Part shown: positions 55,111 through 64,000 of the stretch, piece by piece
How positions within the stretch are numbered: position 1 is the stretch's first letter
How the letters are laid out: each line of letters starts with the position of its first letter
Assembly: GCA_963727525.1 (NCBI GenBank)
Contig: CAVSGO010000007.1
Location: forward strand, 2,176,001-2,240,000
DNA length: 64,000 nucleotides
Direction of reading: 5' to 3'
DNA from: an uncultured bacterium
GTDB lineage: Bacteria > Krumholzibacteriota > Krumholzibacteriia > LZORAL124-64-63
Translations under genes and position numbers: made by a program
The notes under the pieces: generated by a model
Database searches by the model: none
What the model saw: only the letters and a program-made list of their open reading frames with translations
Told to the model about the DNA's origin: nothing

Positions 55111-56283
55111 CTAGGGGTGCGATTCCTTGAAGAGTTCGCGGCCGATCAGCAGGCGGCGGATCTCCGACGTCCCGGCACCGATCTCGTAGAGCTTGGCGTC
55201 GCGGAGCAGGCGCCCCGTGGGGTAGTCGTTGATGTAGCCGTTGCCTCCTAGGATCTGGATGGCGTCCAGCGCCATGCGCGTGGCGGTCTCGGCGCTGAAG
55301 AGGATGGCCCCAGCCGCGTCCTTGCGCGTGGTCTCGCCGCGGTCGCACGAGCGCGCCACGGTGTACACGTAGGAGCGGGCCGCGTTGGCCTGCGTGTACA
55401 TGTCGGCGAGCTTGGCCTGCACGAGCTGGAACTCGCCGATGTACTGGCCGAACTGCTTGCGGTGGTGCACGTAGGGCACGACGACATCGAGGCACGCCTG
55501 CAGGATGCCCAGCGGTCCGCCCGCCAGCACCACGCGTTCGTAATCGAGGCCGCTCATCAGCACCTTCACGCCGTGTTCCACGCGCCCCAGCACGTTCTCG
55601 ACGGGAACCTCGCAGTCGTCGAAGACCAGTTCACAGGTGTGGGAGCCGCGCATGCCCAGCTTGTCGAGCTTCTGCGCGGTGCTGAATCCCGGGAAGCCCT
55701 TCTCGATGATGAAGGCCGTGATACCGTGCGGCCCCTTGTCGGGCGAGGTCTTGGCGTACACCACCAGGGTATCGGCTTCCGGTCCGTTGGTGATCCACAT
55801 CTTGTTGCCGTTGAGCACATAGTGGTCACCCTGGCGATCGGCACGCAGCTGCAGGCTCACGACGTCGCTTCCGGCACCGGTCTCGCTCATCGCGAGCGCC
55901 CCGACGTGCTCGCCGCTGATGAGCGGTGGGAGATACTTGGTGCGCTGGGCGTCCGTTCCGTTACGGTAGATCTGGTTGACGCAGAGATTCGAGTGGGCGC
56001 CGTAGCTGAGGGCCACCGAGGCCGATGCGCGGCTCAGTTCTTCCATGGCTACCACGTGCTCGAGGTAGCCGAGGTTGGTGCCGCCGTACTCCTCGGGAAT
56101 CGTCACACCCAGCAGACCGGCGGCGCCGAGCTTGCGCCACATGCCCTCGGGGAACGCGTTGTCGCGGTCCACCTGTTCCGCGATGGGCTCGATCTCCTGG
56201 GCCGCGAACGCGTTGGCGTGGGCACGGATCATCTCGGCAGTCTCGCCGAGCGCGAAATTCAGGGGTCGGTACGGTGTCTTCAT
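55111..56283 (-). CDS. liuA: Isovaleryl-CoA dehydrogenase
   Basis: [68 protein letters not shown]. Confidence 0.95.
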   Translation of the reverse strand: MKTPYRPLNFALGETAEMIRAHANAFAAQEIEPIAEQVDRDNAFPEGMWRKLGAAGLLGVTIPEEYGGTNLGYLEHVVAMEELSRASASVALSYGAHSNLCVNQIYRNGTDAQRTKYLPPLISGEHVGALAMSETGAGSDVVSLQLRADRQGDHYVLNGNKMWITNGPEADTLVVYAKTSPDKGPHGITAFIIEKGFPGFSTAQKLDKLGMRGSHTCELVFDDCEVPVENVLGRVEHGVKVLMSGLDYERVVLAGGPLGILQACLDVVVPYVHHRKQFGQYIGEFQLVQAKLADMYTQANAARSYVYTVARSCDRGETTRKDAAGAILFSAETATRMALDAIQILGGNGYINDYPTGRLLRDAKLYEIGAGTSEIRRLLIGRELFKESHP

Positions 56284-56404
56284 CGGTGCTCCCGCAGCTT
56301 GCCGTCCGCTCTTCGGCAGTTCCCTCGACCGTCGCGATCACTCACGCCCATCGGTGTCCGGATTCTGTCACGGTTCCATCACGAAATCGCCTGGCAGACC
56401 CTTG

Positions 56405-56433
56405 ACTGTAGCGCATCGGTTCCGTTATGTCAT
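56405..56433 (-). promoter_or_regulatory. Putative sigma70 promoter of the liu operon
   Basis: Minus strand ATGACA-N17-TACAGT. Confidence 0.45.
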
Positions 56434-56467
56434 CAGTCTGATCCTCCAATGGGACGGAGGGAGTTCA

Positions 56468-56501
56468 AGGATCGTGGGTCGGATTGGGGACCCACGATCC
56501 T
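56468..56501. other. Perfect 13-bp hairpin
   Basis: AGGATCGTGGGTC-ggattggg-GACCCACGATCCT. Confidence 0.7.
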
Positions 56502-56562
56502 GCCCAACGTCCCGTGCGATCCGAGATCCGGTGTTCTTCGAGAAATCGTGGTACTCGTGCGC

Positions 56563-56590
56563 GGGCCGGTACTGGCAACAGTACCGGCCC
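56563..56590. terminator. Perfect 12-bp hairpin downstream of lepB
   Basis: GGGCCGGTACTG-gcaa-CAGTACCGGCCC; no U-tract. Confidence 0.5.
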
Positions 56591-56618
56591 CTCGCATACG
56601 GTCCAGGCTCCGCCGCGA

Positions 56619-57305
56619 TCAGTCGAGTGCGCGAAAGAAACGGCCCCATCTTGGTTTCCAGTGCCGATCGTGGTCGATCGAGAGCACCACGCCCTGCGCC
56701 CGGCCTTCGAGACTCTCCATCGGGACGAAGCCGATGAAACGCGAGTCGGCGCTGTTGTCGCGGTTGTCCCCCATGACGAAGCACATGCCCTCGGGCACGG
56801 TCACCGGGCCGAAGTCACGCGCCACGCCATGGCCTGGCGTGAGCATGACGGCATGGCGTATTCCGGCGAGATCCTCCAGGAGGTACTCGTGCTGCCATCG
56901 ATCCTGGGGCGGCAGGGGGTAAGCCGGGGGGGCCGGAGCATCCGACTGGGGCTGGATCTTGCCGTTGAGCGACAGGATGCCCTCATGGATCACCAGTACG
57001 TCGCCGGGCAGCCCGACGACACGCTTGATCAGCCGAATGCCGTCGCGGGGCGACGGAAAGGTGACCACGTCGCCGCGTTCCGGTATGGACCAGGTCGTCA
57101 CCCGGGTCTGCGTAAAGGGGACCCGCAGTCCATACGCCAGCTTGTTCACGAAGATGCGTTCGCCTTCCAGGATCGTGGGTTGCATCGACCCGGTCGGCAC
57201 ATCGTACCAGTCGGCGAGCGCCGAGCGGAAAGTCAGCAGGACGAGGACCAGGAGCAGTGTCGAGCGCCAGTCGCGCCAGAGGCGCAGCATCCGTTCTCGG
57301 GACAT
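56619..57305 (-). CDS. lepB: Signal peptidase I
   Basis: VPTGSMQPT, VNKLAYG, RGDVV.F, IKRVVGLPGD, MGDNRDNSADSR; RBS GGAGGT. Confidence 0.95.
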   Translation of the reverse strand: MSRERMLRLWRDWRSTLLLVLVLLTFRSALADWYDVPTGSMQPTILEGERIFVNKLAYGLRVPFTQTRVTTWSIPERGDVVTFPSPRDGIRLIKRVVGLPGDVLVIHEGILSLNGKIQPQSDAPAPPAYPLPPQDRWQHEYLLEDLAGIRHAVMLTPGHGVARDFGPVTVPEGMCFVMGDNRDNSADSRFIGFVPMESLEGRAQGVVLSIDHDRHWKPRWGRFFRALD

Positions 57306-57427
57306 CGAGATGACCTCCAGGCAGATTCTCGCGAGAGAGCCCTTCCCCAAACCCGCGACTGGCGTTATGGTTCCCGGCAGCATACGGGAACGCGCCAGCG
57401 TGCTTTCACCGCGAGGGAGTCAGGTCC

Positions 57428-57769
57428 ATGAACATCAAACGCCAGCCGCGTGGCAACACCATGGTGCTGCAGATCAACGGCGACATCATGGGTGGCAAAG
57501 ATTACGAGACGTTCACCGGTGAGATCAAGAAACTGGTGGACGAGGGCAACGTGGATATCGTGCTCGACCTTGGACAGGTTCGGTTCATCAACTCCACGGG
57601 CCTGGGCATCCTGGTCTCCGGCTTGACGACGCTCAAGAAGAACGCCGGTCAGATGAAGGTTTGCAACCTGAACGATCGCATCGACCGCATCTTCAGCGTC
57701 ACGAGCCTCACCACGATCTTTCCCACCTTCGAGAGCCTCGAAGATGCGGTCGCCTCGTTCGAGAGCTAG
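57428..57769 (+). CDS. STAS-domain anti-sigma factor antagonist
   Basis: IVLDL..V.FINSTGLG.LV, 113 aa. Confidence 0.92.
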   Translation: MNIKRQPRGNTMVLQINGDIMGGKDYETFTGEIKKLVDEGNVDIVLDLGQVRFINSTGLGILVSGLTTLKKNAGQMKVCNLNDRIDRIFSVTSLTTIFPTFESLEDAVASFES

Positions 57770-57946
57770 GTCGGCAGGCGGACCGGGCTGCGGCCTCCTC
57801 CGGCCGACGGCCCGGTGTCGCAAGGCGCCGCCCCGAAGCGGCGAGTTGGCCGCATTTCCAATATACTGACTGGCTCCGAATAGGTGACAATGGGGATCAT
57901 GATTTCGGAGCGGCAGCGAAACCATTCCCCAGGGAGCCCTTGCACG

Positions 57947-59590
57947 ATGCGACCAGTCTCGTTGCGGCACCACGTGCCGGCCCGATTGCTCCACCGTCCG
58001 GGTCGGATCCTGCTCCTGGCCGGGGTTGTGACCACGGTGGCGGGCGCCCTCGCCCAGCCCGCGCCACCCACGGTGGCGGATCCCGACAGCGCCCTCGCCC
58101 GGACACTCCAGGCCAACGCCGGAGAGCCTCTCGCCCTCGATGTCGCCATCGGTGCGGCCCTCGCCGAGGACACCGACGTTCTCCTGGCGCGGGCCGAGCG
58201 CGACGCGGCGGCCGGCGCCGCCCGACGCGAGCGCGGCACCTTCTCGCCCGAGCTGTATGGCGAGGTGTCCACCGGGAGCGATGAGCAGCCATCGTCGTCG
58301 TTCTTCTCGGGCGCGGACGTGCTCGTCACCGACCGCACCGCGGTCGAGGCGGGCGCCCGCATGACGCTGCCATTGGGCACCCAGCTCTCCGCGTCGCTCA
58401 ATTCCACCCGCGTGAAAACCAATTCGGCATTCTCGTCGCTGTCGCCCCAGGTCGATGCCGTTGGCGAGCTGTCGATCACGCAGCCGTTGTTGCGCGGCTT
58501 CGGCCCCGCGGCGCGTGGTGAACGCGACGCCACGGCCGCGTCGTATGCCGTGGCGCAGGCCAGCTACGACGATGCGCGCCTGGCCGCCGCGGCCGAGGTG
58601 GAGGTGACGTACTGGCGCCTGTACGCGACCGAGCGCGACTACGCCGTGCAGCTCCTCGTCCGCGACCAGGCGCAAGCGGTGCTCGACCAGTCGCGCATCC
58701 GCGCCCAGACGGGACTCGTGGGCCCGAGCGCCGTGGCCACAGCCCGCGTGTTCCTTGCGAAGCAGGCCCAGGCCGTGCTCGACAGCGAGGATCAGCTCGA
58801 CTCGGTGTCGGATCACCTGGCCACGCTCATCGGACGGCGACCGGCGACGAGCCGGCGCTTTCACGCCATCGGCCTGCCCCCATCCACGTTCCCGCCGATC
58901 GATCAGGACGCCCTGGTGCGCCTCGTCGCCGAGCACAATCGGCTGCTCGAGGCGAGCACTCACGCGGTCGCAGCCGCGCGCGCCCGCGCGTCCGGAGCGC
59001 GCTGGGATGCGCTGCCCCAGCTCGATCTCTTCGGCCAGCTCGGGGGACGCGGTCTGGCCGGCACCGGCCAGGACGTGATCATCGACTTCGGCGGCAGCGG
59101 CCCCGACACGGTGAAGAACACTGTCGATACGGGCTTCGGTGACGCGTTCTCCCAGGTCGTGAGCCGCGACTACCCGCAATGGAATGTCGGCTTGCGTTTC
59201 ACGGTCCCCTTCGGCGGACCCAACCGCGGGGAACGCGATCGGCTCGACGCCGCGGTCGTCCGCGCCGAGGCGCAGCACGAGGCGAACCGTCGCACGCTGG
59301 ACGAGGCCGTGCGCTCCTGGAACCGGGAGCTGACGAACGGCCACGAACGACTGCGGCTCGCCCAGGAGGGCGTGCATGCGTCGATCGAGCAGGTACGCAT
59401 CGGCATGCTCGAGTTCAAGAACGGCCGCACCACGGCGTTCGAGTTGGTGCGCCTGAGCGCCGACCTCGCCGACGCGCAGCGCGCATACTCGAATGCGCTG
59501 GTACGCACGGCGCAGGCGGCGGCGAGCTTGCGCCGGCTCACGGCCGGCGCCTACCCGGGACCGCTCACCAACGAGGAGACGAACCCGTGA
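57947..59590 (+). CDS. TolC-family outer membrane efflux protein
   Basis: ITQPLLRGFG, V...YW.L, LPQLDL, F.NG..T..EL; start uncertain. Confidence 0.9.
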   Translation: MRPVSLRHHVPARLLHRPGRILLLAGVVTTVAGALAQPAPPTVADPDSALARTLQANAGEPLALDVAIGAALAEDTDVLLARAERDAAAGAARRERGTFSPELYGEVSTGSDEQPSSSFFSGADVLVTDRTAVEAGARMTLPLGTQLSASLNSTRVKTNSAFSSLSPQVDAVGELSITQPLLRGFGPAARGERDATAASYAVAQASYDDARLAAAAEVEVTYWRLYATERDYAVQLLVRDQAQAVLDQSRIRAQTGLVGPSAVATARVFLAKQAQAVLDSEDQLDSVSDHLATLIGRRPATSRRFHAIGLPPSTFPPIDQDALVRLVAEHNRLLEASTHAVAAARARASGARWDALPQLDLFGQLGGRGLAGTGQDVIIDFGGSGPDTVKNTVDTGFGDAFSQVVSRDYPQWNVGLRFTVPFGGPNRGERDRLDAAVVRAEAQHEANRRTLDEAVRSWNRELTNGHERLRLAQEGVHASIEQVRIGMLEFKNGRTTAFELVRLSADLADAQRAYSNALVRTAQAAASLRRLTAGAYPGPLTNEETNP

Positions 59591-60702
59591 TCCCATCCCG
59601 ACGCAATCGCCAGTTCCTGATCATGGCCCTGGTGGGGCTCGTGGCGGTGGCCGGATGCAGCCGCAAGGCGAAGGACGGCGCAGCGAGCGGCGGCGGCGGC
59701 CGGCCGTCGATGCCGCCCATGCCCGTGGAGACCGCCGAGGTCAAGACGGGGACGCTCGTCGACCAGTTCACCGTGGTGGGCTCTCTCGACGCGAAGGATG
59801 CGATCACGGTGGTCTCCGAGATCAACGGCACGGTGGTCGCGCTCCCGTTCCACGAGGGGCAGTCCATCGAGAAAGGCGGCCTGATCGTGCAACTCGACGA
59901 CGACGAGCTGAAGGCTCAGCTCGACCGCGCCATCGCGGTCCGCGACCAGCGGCAGTCGTCTTATGACCGCACCAAGGCCGTCGTCGACCAGGCGGCCGGT
60001 GCCGCCCAGGACCTCGATGACGCGGCCGCCGCCCTCAAGGTGGCCGAGGCCGACCGGGCGCTGGCGCAGACGTTGCTCGACAAGACCCGCATCATCGCAC
60101 CCTTCGGCGGCATCGCCGGCATTCGCCGGGTGAGCCTGGGCACCTACGCCACCGCGGGCATGCCCATCACCGACCTCGTGCGAGTGGACGAACTGCGCGT
60201 GGACTTCACGGCGCCCGAGCGGTTGCTCGGCAAGCTGCGACGTGGCGCCGAGGTCACCGTCACCACGACCGCCTACCCCAGCCATGTGGTCAAGGGCACG
60301 ATCGACATCATCGACCCCCGGATCAATGCCGACACGCGCAGCGCCCACATCGTGGCCCGGATCGCGAATCCGGACCTTCTGCTGCGGCCGGGCATGTCGG
60401 CCACCATCACGGTCGTGCTCAGTAGCCTCGCCAACGCCCTCACCGTTCCGAGCGAAGCCGTGATCCTGCAAGGCGGAAAGACGATGGTCTACGTGGTGCA
60501 GGCCGACAGCACGGTGGCGCCGCGCCCGGTGACGCTGGGACTGCGCCAGCCCGAGACGGTGGAGGTCGTGTCCGGACTCGAGGCCGGCGAGCGGGTGGTA
60601 CGCGCCGGGCACCAGAAGATCTTCCCCGGCGCCAAGGTGATGCCCATCGCGAGCCAAGAGGGCGCAAGCCAGAACGGCGCCGGCCAGGAGGGCGGAGCAT
60701 GA
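59587..60702 (+). CDS. RND periplasmic adaptor (MFP) lipoprotein
   Basis: GTGA overlap; lipobox VAGC; EGQ.I.KG, I.APF.G, LRPGM, GLEAGERVV. Confidence 0.93.
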   Translation: MIPSRRNRQFLIMALVGLVAVAGCSRKAKDGAASGGGGRPSMPPMPVETAEVKTGTLVDQFTVVGSLDAKDAITVVSEINGTVVALPFHEGQSIEKGGLIVQLDDDELKAQLDRAIAVRDQRQSSYDRTKAVVDQAAGAAQDLDDAAAALKVAEADRALAQTLLDKTRIIAPFGGIAGIRRVSLGTYATAGMPITDLVRVDELRVDFTAPERLLGKLRRGAEVTVTTTAYPSHVVKGTIDIIDPRINADTRSAHIVARIANPDLLLRPGMSATITVVLSSLANALTVPSEAVILQGGKTMVYVVQADSTVAPRPVTLGLRQPETVEVVSGLEAGERVVRAGHQKIFPGAKVMPIASQEGASQNGAGQEGGA

Positions 60703-63700
60703 AGCTCAGCGAGCTGAGCATCCGTCGCCCCGTCTTCGCGACGGTGATGAGCCTGGCGATCGTCCTGCTCGGCGTGATCAGCTTCACGCGCCTGCCGGTA
60801 CGCGAGTATCCCGACGTGGAACCGCCCATCGTGTCGGTGACCACCGTCTACCGCGGCGCCAGCCCCAGCGTGATCGAGACCGAGATCACGGACGTCCTCG
60901 AGGAGCAGTTCTCGACGATCGAGAGCGTCAAGACCATCAGCAGCTCGAGCCAGGAACAGGCTTCGAACATCACGATCGAATTCGAGCTGAGCCGCGACGT
61001 GGACGTGGCCGCCAATGACGTGCGTGACCGCGTGTCGCGCGTGTCCGGCCAGCTCCCGCGCGAAGCGGACGATCCGATCGTGGCCAAGGTCGACATCAAC
61101 GCGCAGCCGATCATCTGGCTCGCCTTCAGCAGCGACCACTACTCCACCCTCGAGCTGTCCGACGTGGCCGACCGCATCCTGAAGGAGCGCCTGCAACGCC
61201 TGCCCGGGGTAGGTTCGGTCTTCATCGGCGGCGAGCGGCGCTATGCGATGCGCGTGTGGCTCGATCCCCAGCGCATGGCCGCGCACGGCTTCACCACGCG
61301 GGATATCGAGGACGCCATCCGCCGTGAGAACGTGGAGATCCCGGCCGGCCGCGTCGAGGGCGAGGAGCGCGAGTTCGCGGTGCGTACGCGCGGCGAACTG
61401 CAGACGCCCGAGGAGTTCGGCGCCATCGTCGTGGCCCAGGACGGCAACGGTGTCGTGCGCCTGCGCGATGTCGCCGACGTGGAGGTGGGCCCCGAGGACG
61501 AGCGCACCGTCACCCGCTTCAACGGCCGCCCGGCCATCGGTCTGGGCATCGTCAAGCAGAAGGACGCCAGCACGGTGGCGGTGGCCAAGGTCGTGCGCGC
61601 GGCGCTGCCGGACCTTCAGGCAGCCGTGCCCTCGGGAATGGACATCGACACGGCGTACGACTCGGCCACGTTCATCGAGGACTCGATCCACGAGGTCTCC
61701 AATACGCTGCTCATCGCCACCGGCCTGGTGGTGCTCGTGGTGCTGCTCTTCCTCAAGAGCATCCGCGCCACCGTGATCCCGATCGTCGCCATCCCCATCG
61801 CCATCATCGGTGCCTTCACGGTGGCCTATGCGCTTGGCTTCACCGTCAACATCATCACGCTGCTAGCCCTCGTGCTCGCGATCGGCCTGGTGGTGGACGA
61901 CGCCATCGTCGTGCTGGAGAACTGCTACCGCCATCTGGAGATGGGCAAGTCGCGGCGCCTTGCCGCGCGCGATGGCGTGGACGAGATCGTCTTCGCCGTC
62001 ATCGCCACCACCGTCGCGCTTGTGGCCGTGTTCATCCCCGTGGCCTTCCTCACCGGCTCCGTGGGGCGCCTCTTCCGCGAGTTCGGCCTCACGTTGGCCG
62101 TGGCCGTGGCCATCTCCGCCTTCGTGGCTCTCACCCTCACCCCCATGCTCTGCTCGCTGATGCTGCGGCGCGCCGATCCGGATCGCAAGAGGCGCTGGAC
62201 CGAGCGCTCCTTCGATGCCTTCTTCACCGGGCTCGACCGCGCCTACGAGAACACGCTCGCCTTTTGCCTGCGCCAGCGGGTGCTGGTGCTCGTCATCGCC
62301 GCCCTGCTCATCGGCGCCACCGGTTTCATCTGGCAACGGCTGCCGCGCGAGCTGGTGCCCACCGAGGATCGCGGCGTAGGCTTCGGCATCGTGATCGCGC
62401 CGGAGGGCGCGACCCTCGACTACACCGACACCTACATGCGTGAGATCGAGAGCATCCTGCTCGACCTGCCGGAGCGGCGCGGTCTGTTCACCGCCACCGG
62501 CCTTGGTTTCGGCGGACCAGGGCGCGTGACCAATGGCTTCCTCTTCCTGCAGCTCAAGCCGCGCGACGAGCGCAATCGCTCGCAGCAGGAGATCATCGCC
62601 TCCCTCTTCCCGCGACTCATCGGCATTCCGGGCGTACTCGCCTTCGTCATCAACCCGCCGAGCCTGGGCGGACAGTTCAACTCATCGCCCATCGAGTATG
62701 TCCTCAAAGCCGACGACTACGACAAGCTCAGCCAGGCCCTGCAGGCGTTCATGGGCAAGGCGCAGCAGCTCGGCTACCTGCTCAACCTCGACAGCGACCT
62801 GCGCCTGAACAAGCCGCAGCTCGATATCGCCATCGATCGCGACCTCGCCTCGTCGCTGGGTGTGTCGGTGTCCGACATCGGCACGACCCTGGAGACGTTC
62901 CTGGGCGGCCGCGTGGTGGGCGACTTCAAGCGCGGCACCAAGCAATACGACGTGATCGCCCAGCTCCGCTCGGCCAGCCGCGCCACACCTGACGTCATCC
63001 GCGAGGTGTATCTACGCTCGGCCAGCGGCGATCTCGTGCAGCTCGCCAACCTGGTGCACGTGCAGGAGACGGCGGCGCCCAAGGAGCTGAACCATTACAA
63101 CCGCGTGCGCTCGGCCACGATCACGGCCAACCTCGCGCCGGGCGTGGATCTGGGACGTGCCCTCGACGACCTCGACGGGATCGCCAGCGCGACCCTGCCG
63201 GCCGGCATCCAGCACGAGCTGGCGGGCCAGTCGCGGGAATACCGCGACACGAGCGGCAGCCTCGCCTTCATGTTCCTGCTCGCCGTGGGTTTCATCTTCC
63301 TGGTACTCGCGGCCCAGTTCGAGAGCTTCGTGCATCCGTTCGTGATCCTGCTGTCGGTGCCGCTGGCCGTGGTCGGCGCCATTGCCGCGCTCTTCCTCCT
63401 GCGGCAGAGCATGAACATCTACTCGCAGATCGGTCTCGTCATGCTCGTCGGCCTGGTGACGAAGAACGCGATCCTGATCGTCGAGTTCAGCAACCAGCTC
63501 CGGCAGCGCGGCGAGAGCATCGTCGACGCCGTGAGTCACGCGGCGCGAATCCGCCTGCGCCCGATCCTGATGACGAGCTTCTCCACGATCTTCGGCATCC
63601 TGCCCATCGCCATCGGCTTCGGCGCCGGCGCCGAGTCGCGGCGGCCGCTGGGCGTGGCCATCGTGGGCGGCGTGTTCTTCTCCACCTTCCTGACCCTGCT

Positions 63701-63827
63701 CGTCGTGCCCGTCATGTACTCGCTCCTGGCGCGGTTCACGCGCGCCACGGAGATCACGATCGAGGAAGATCCCATCGAGACGTCCGTCCCCGTGCGGACG
63801 AACCCGGCCGACTCCGCCGCCACCTGA
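60699..63827 (+). CDS. RND efflux permease (AcrB/AcrD/AcrF family)
   Basis: SIRRPV, LPVREYP, AIGLVVDDAIVV.EN, ALTLTPM, AQFES, KNAILIVEF, RLRPILMT. Confidence 0.96.
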   Translation: MKLSELSIRRPVFATVMSLAIVLLGVISFTRLPVREYPDVEPPIVSVTTVYRGASPSVIETEITDVLEEQFSTIESVKTISSSSQEQASNITIEFELSRDVDVAANDVRDRVSRVSGQLPREADDPIVAKVDINAQPIIWLAFSSDHYSTLELSDVADRILKERLQRLPGVGSVFIGGERRYAMRVWLDPQRMAAHGFTTRDIEDAIRRENVEIPAGRVEGEEREFAVRTRGELQTPEEFGAIVVAQDGNGVVRLRDVADVEVGPEDERTVTRFNGRPAIGLGIVKQKDASTVAVAKVVRAALPDLQAAVPSGMDIDTAYDSATFIEDSIHEVSNTLLIATGLVVLVVLLFLKSIRATVIPIVAIPIAIIGAFTVAYALGFTVNIITLLALVLAIGLVVDDAIVVLENCYRHLEMGKSRRLAARDGVDEIVFAVIATTVALVAVFIPVAFLTGSVGRLFREFGLTLAVAVAISAFVALTLTPMLCSLMLRRADPDRKRRWTERSFDAFFTGLDRAYENTLAFCLRQRVLVLVIAALLIGATGFIWQRLPRELVPTEDRGVGFGIVIAPEGATLDYTDTYMREIESILLDLPERRGLFTATGLGFGGPGRVTNGFLFLQLKPRDERNRSQQEIIASLFPRLIGIPGVLAFVINPPSLGGQFNSSPIEYVLKADDYDKLSQALQAFMGKAQQLGYLLNLDSDLRLNKPQLDIAIDRDLASSLGVSVSDIGTTLETFLGGRVVGDFKRGTKQYDVIAQLRSASRATPDVIREVYLRSASGDLVQLANLVHVQETAAPKELNHYNRVRSATITANLAPGVDLGRALDDLDGIASATLPAGIQHELAGQSREYRDTSGSLAFMFLLAVGFIFLVLAAQFESFVHPFVILLSVPLAVVGAIAALFLLRQSMNIYSQIGLVMLVGLVTKNAILIVEFSNQLRQRGESIVDAVSHAARIRLRPILMTSFSTIFGILPIAIGFGAGAESRRPLGVAIVGGVFFSTFLTLLVVPVMYSLLARFTRATEITIEEDPIETSVPVRTNPADSAAT

Positions 63828-63833
63828 TCGTTC

Positions 63834-63868
63834 GGCCGGCCCCGGTAACGAGACCGACCGGGGCGGCC
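63834..63868 (+). terminator. GC-rich hairpin after the RND operon
   Basis: GGCC-g-GCCCCGGT-N10-ACCGGGGC-GGCC. Confidence 0.4.
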
Positions 63869-63910
63869 CCGATCCAGGGTCGATCTTTTCCGCGATTTCC
63901 TGCCCATGAC

Positions 63911-63937
63911 TAAAGGCCAGCCGAGTCTCGCCGATAT
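63911..63937 (+). promoter_or_regulatory. sigma28 (FliA/SigD)-type promoter for a gene beyond the window
   Basis: TAAAG-N14-GCCGATAT, near-perfect consensus. Confidence 0.65.
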
Positions 63938-64000
63938 GGCCCCGGACGCATTTGCGATCCGGACCCGGCGGCATGGCAGGCGCCAGTCGACCCGGTTCCG

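Noticed and set aside
42-63974. Many long overlapping ORFs in the track (e.g. 42..1442-, 7770..9782+, 9734..11743-, 19225..21342-, 29910..32153+, 36355..38409-, 42353..44311-, 50701..52767+, 57365..59596-)
   Set aside because: Antisense or off-frame shadows of well-supported genes, expected at this GC content; low-complexity composition and no motifs
1-64000. Prophage, IS elements, CRISPR array, defence systems, rRNA/tRNA, selenoprotein read-through
   Set aside because: No integrase, transposase, phage or cas motifs, regular repeat-spacer arrays or interrupted ORFs were seen by eye; a computational scan could still find weak cases

Overview
High-GC bacterial chromosomal segment with about 48 protein-coding genes. 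I saw no rRNA, tRNA, CRISPR array, transposase or integrase. Four secreted proteins carry FlgD-Ig/T9SS-like C-terminal domains (PNPFNP...K/R-x-x-L-V/L-K/R) and two end in a short TWGxxKSLY tail, which suggests an FCB-superphylum organism of the Krumholzibacteriota/Latescibacterota type (inference). Main content: an archaeal-type HMG-CoA synthase/thiolase/DUF35 operon; Kup K+ transporter; M6 metalloprotease; a solitary AtuA-family gene; tag; a TPP-riboswitch-led thiamine salvage operon (TonB receptor, thiamine pyrophosphokinase, Na+/solute symporter) followed by two alkaline-phosphatase-superfamily genes and a class II aldolase; PAS hybrid kinase; gpmI; lemA-TPM-TPM-sppA; an acyl-CoA (propionate/acetate) synthetase; HDOD-REC-GGDEF cyclase; a liuABCD operon without HMG-CoA lyase; lepB; a STAS protein; and a TolC-MFP-RND efflux operon. 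Best leads: (1) the TWGxxKSLY tail as a candidate minimal sorting signal, (2) two routes to HMG-CoA (archaeal-type complex plus lyase-less liu operon), (3) a variant thiamine uptake system, (4) a degenerate palindrome + AT-rich element repeated on both sides of the M6 protease gene, (5) a 38-aa membrane peptide not listed as a separate ORF in the track. All family calls come from reading motifs by eye, not from database searches.
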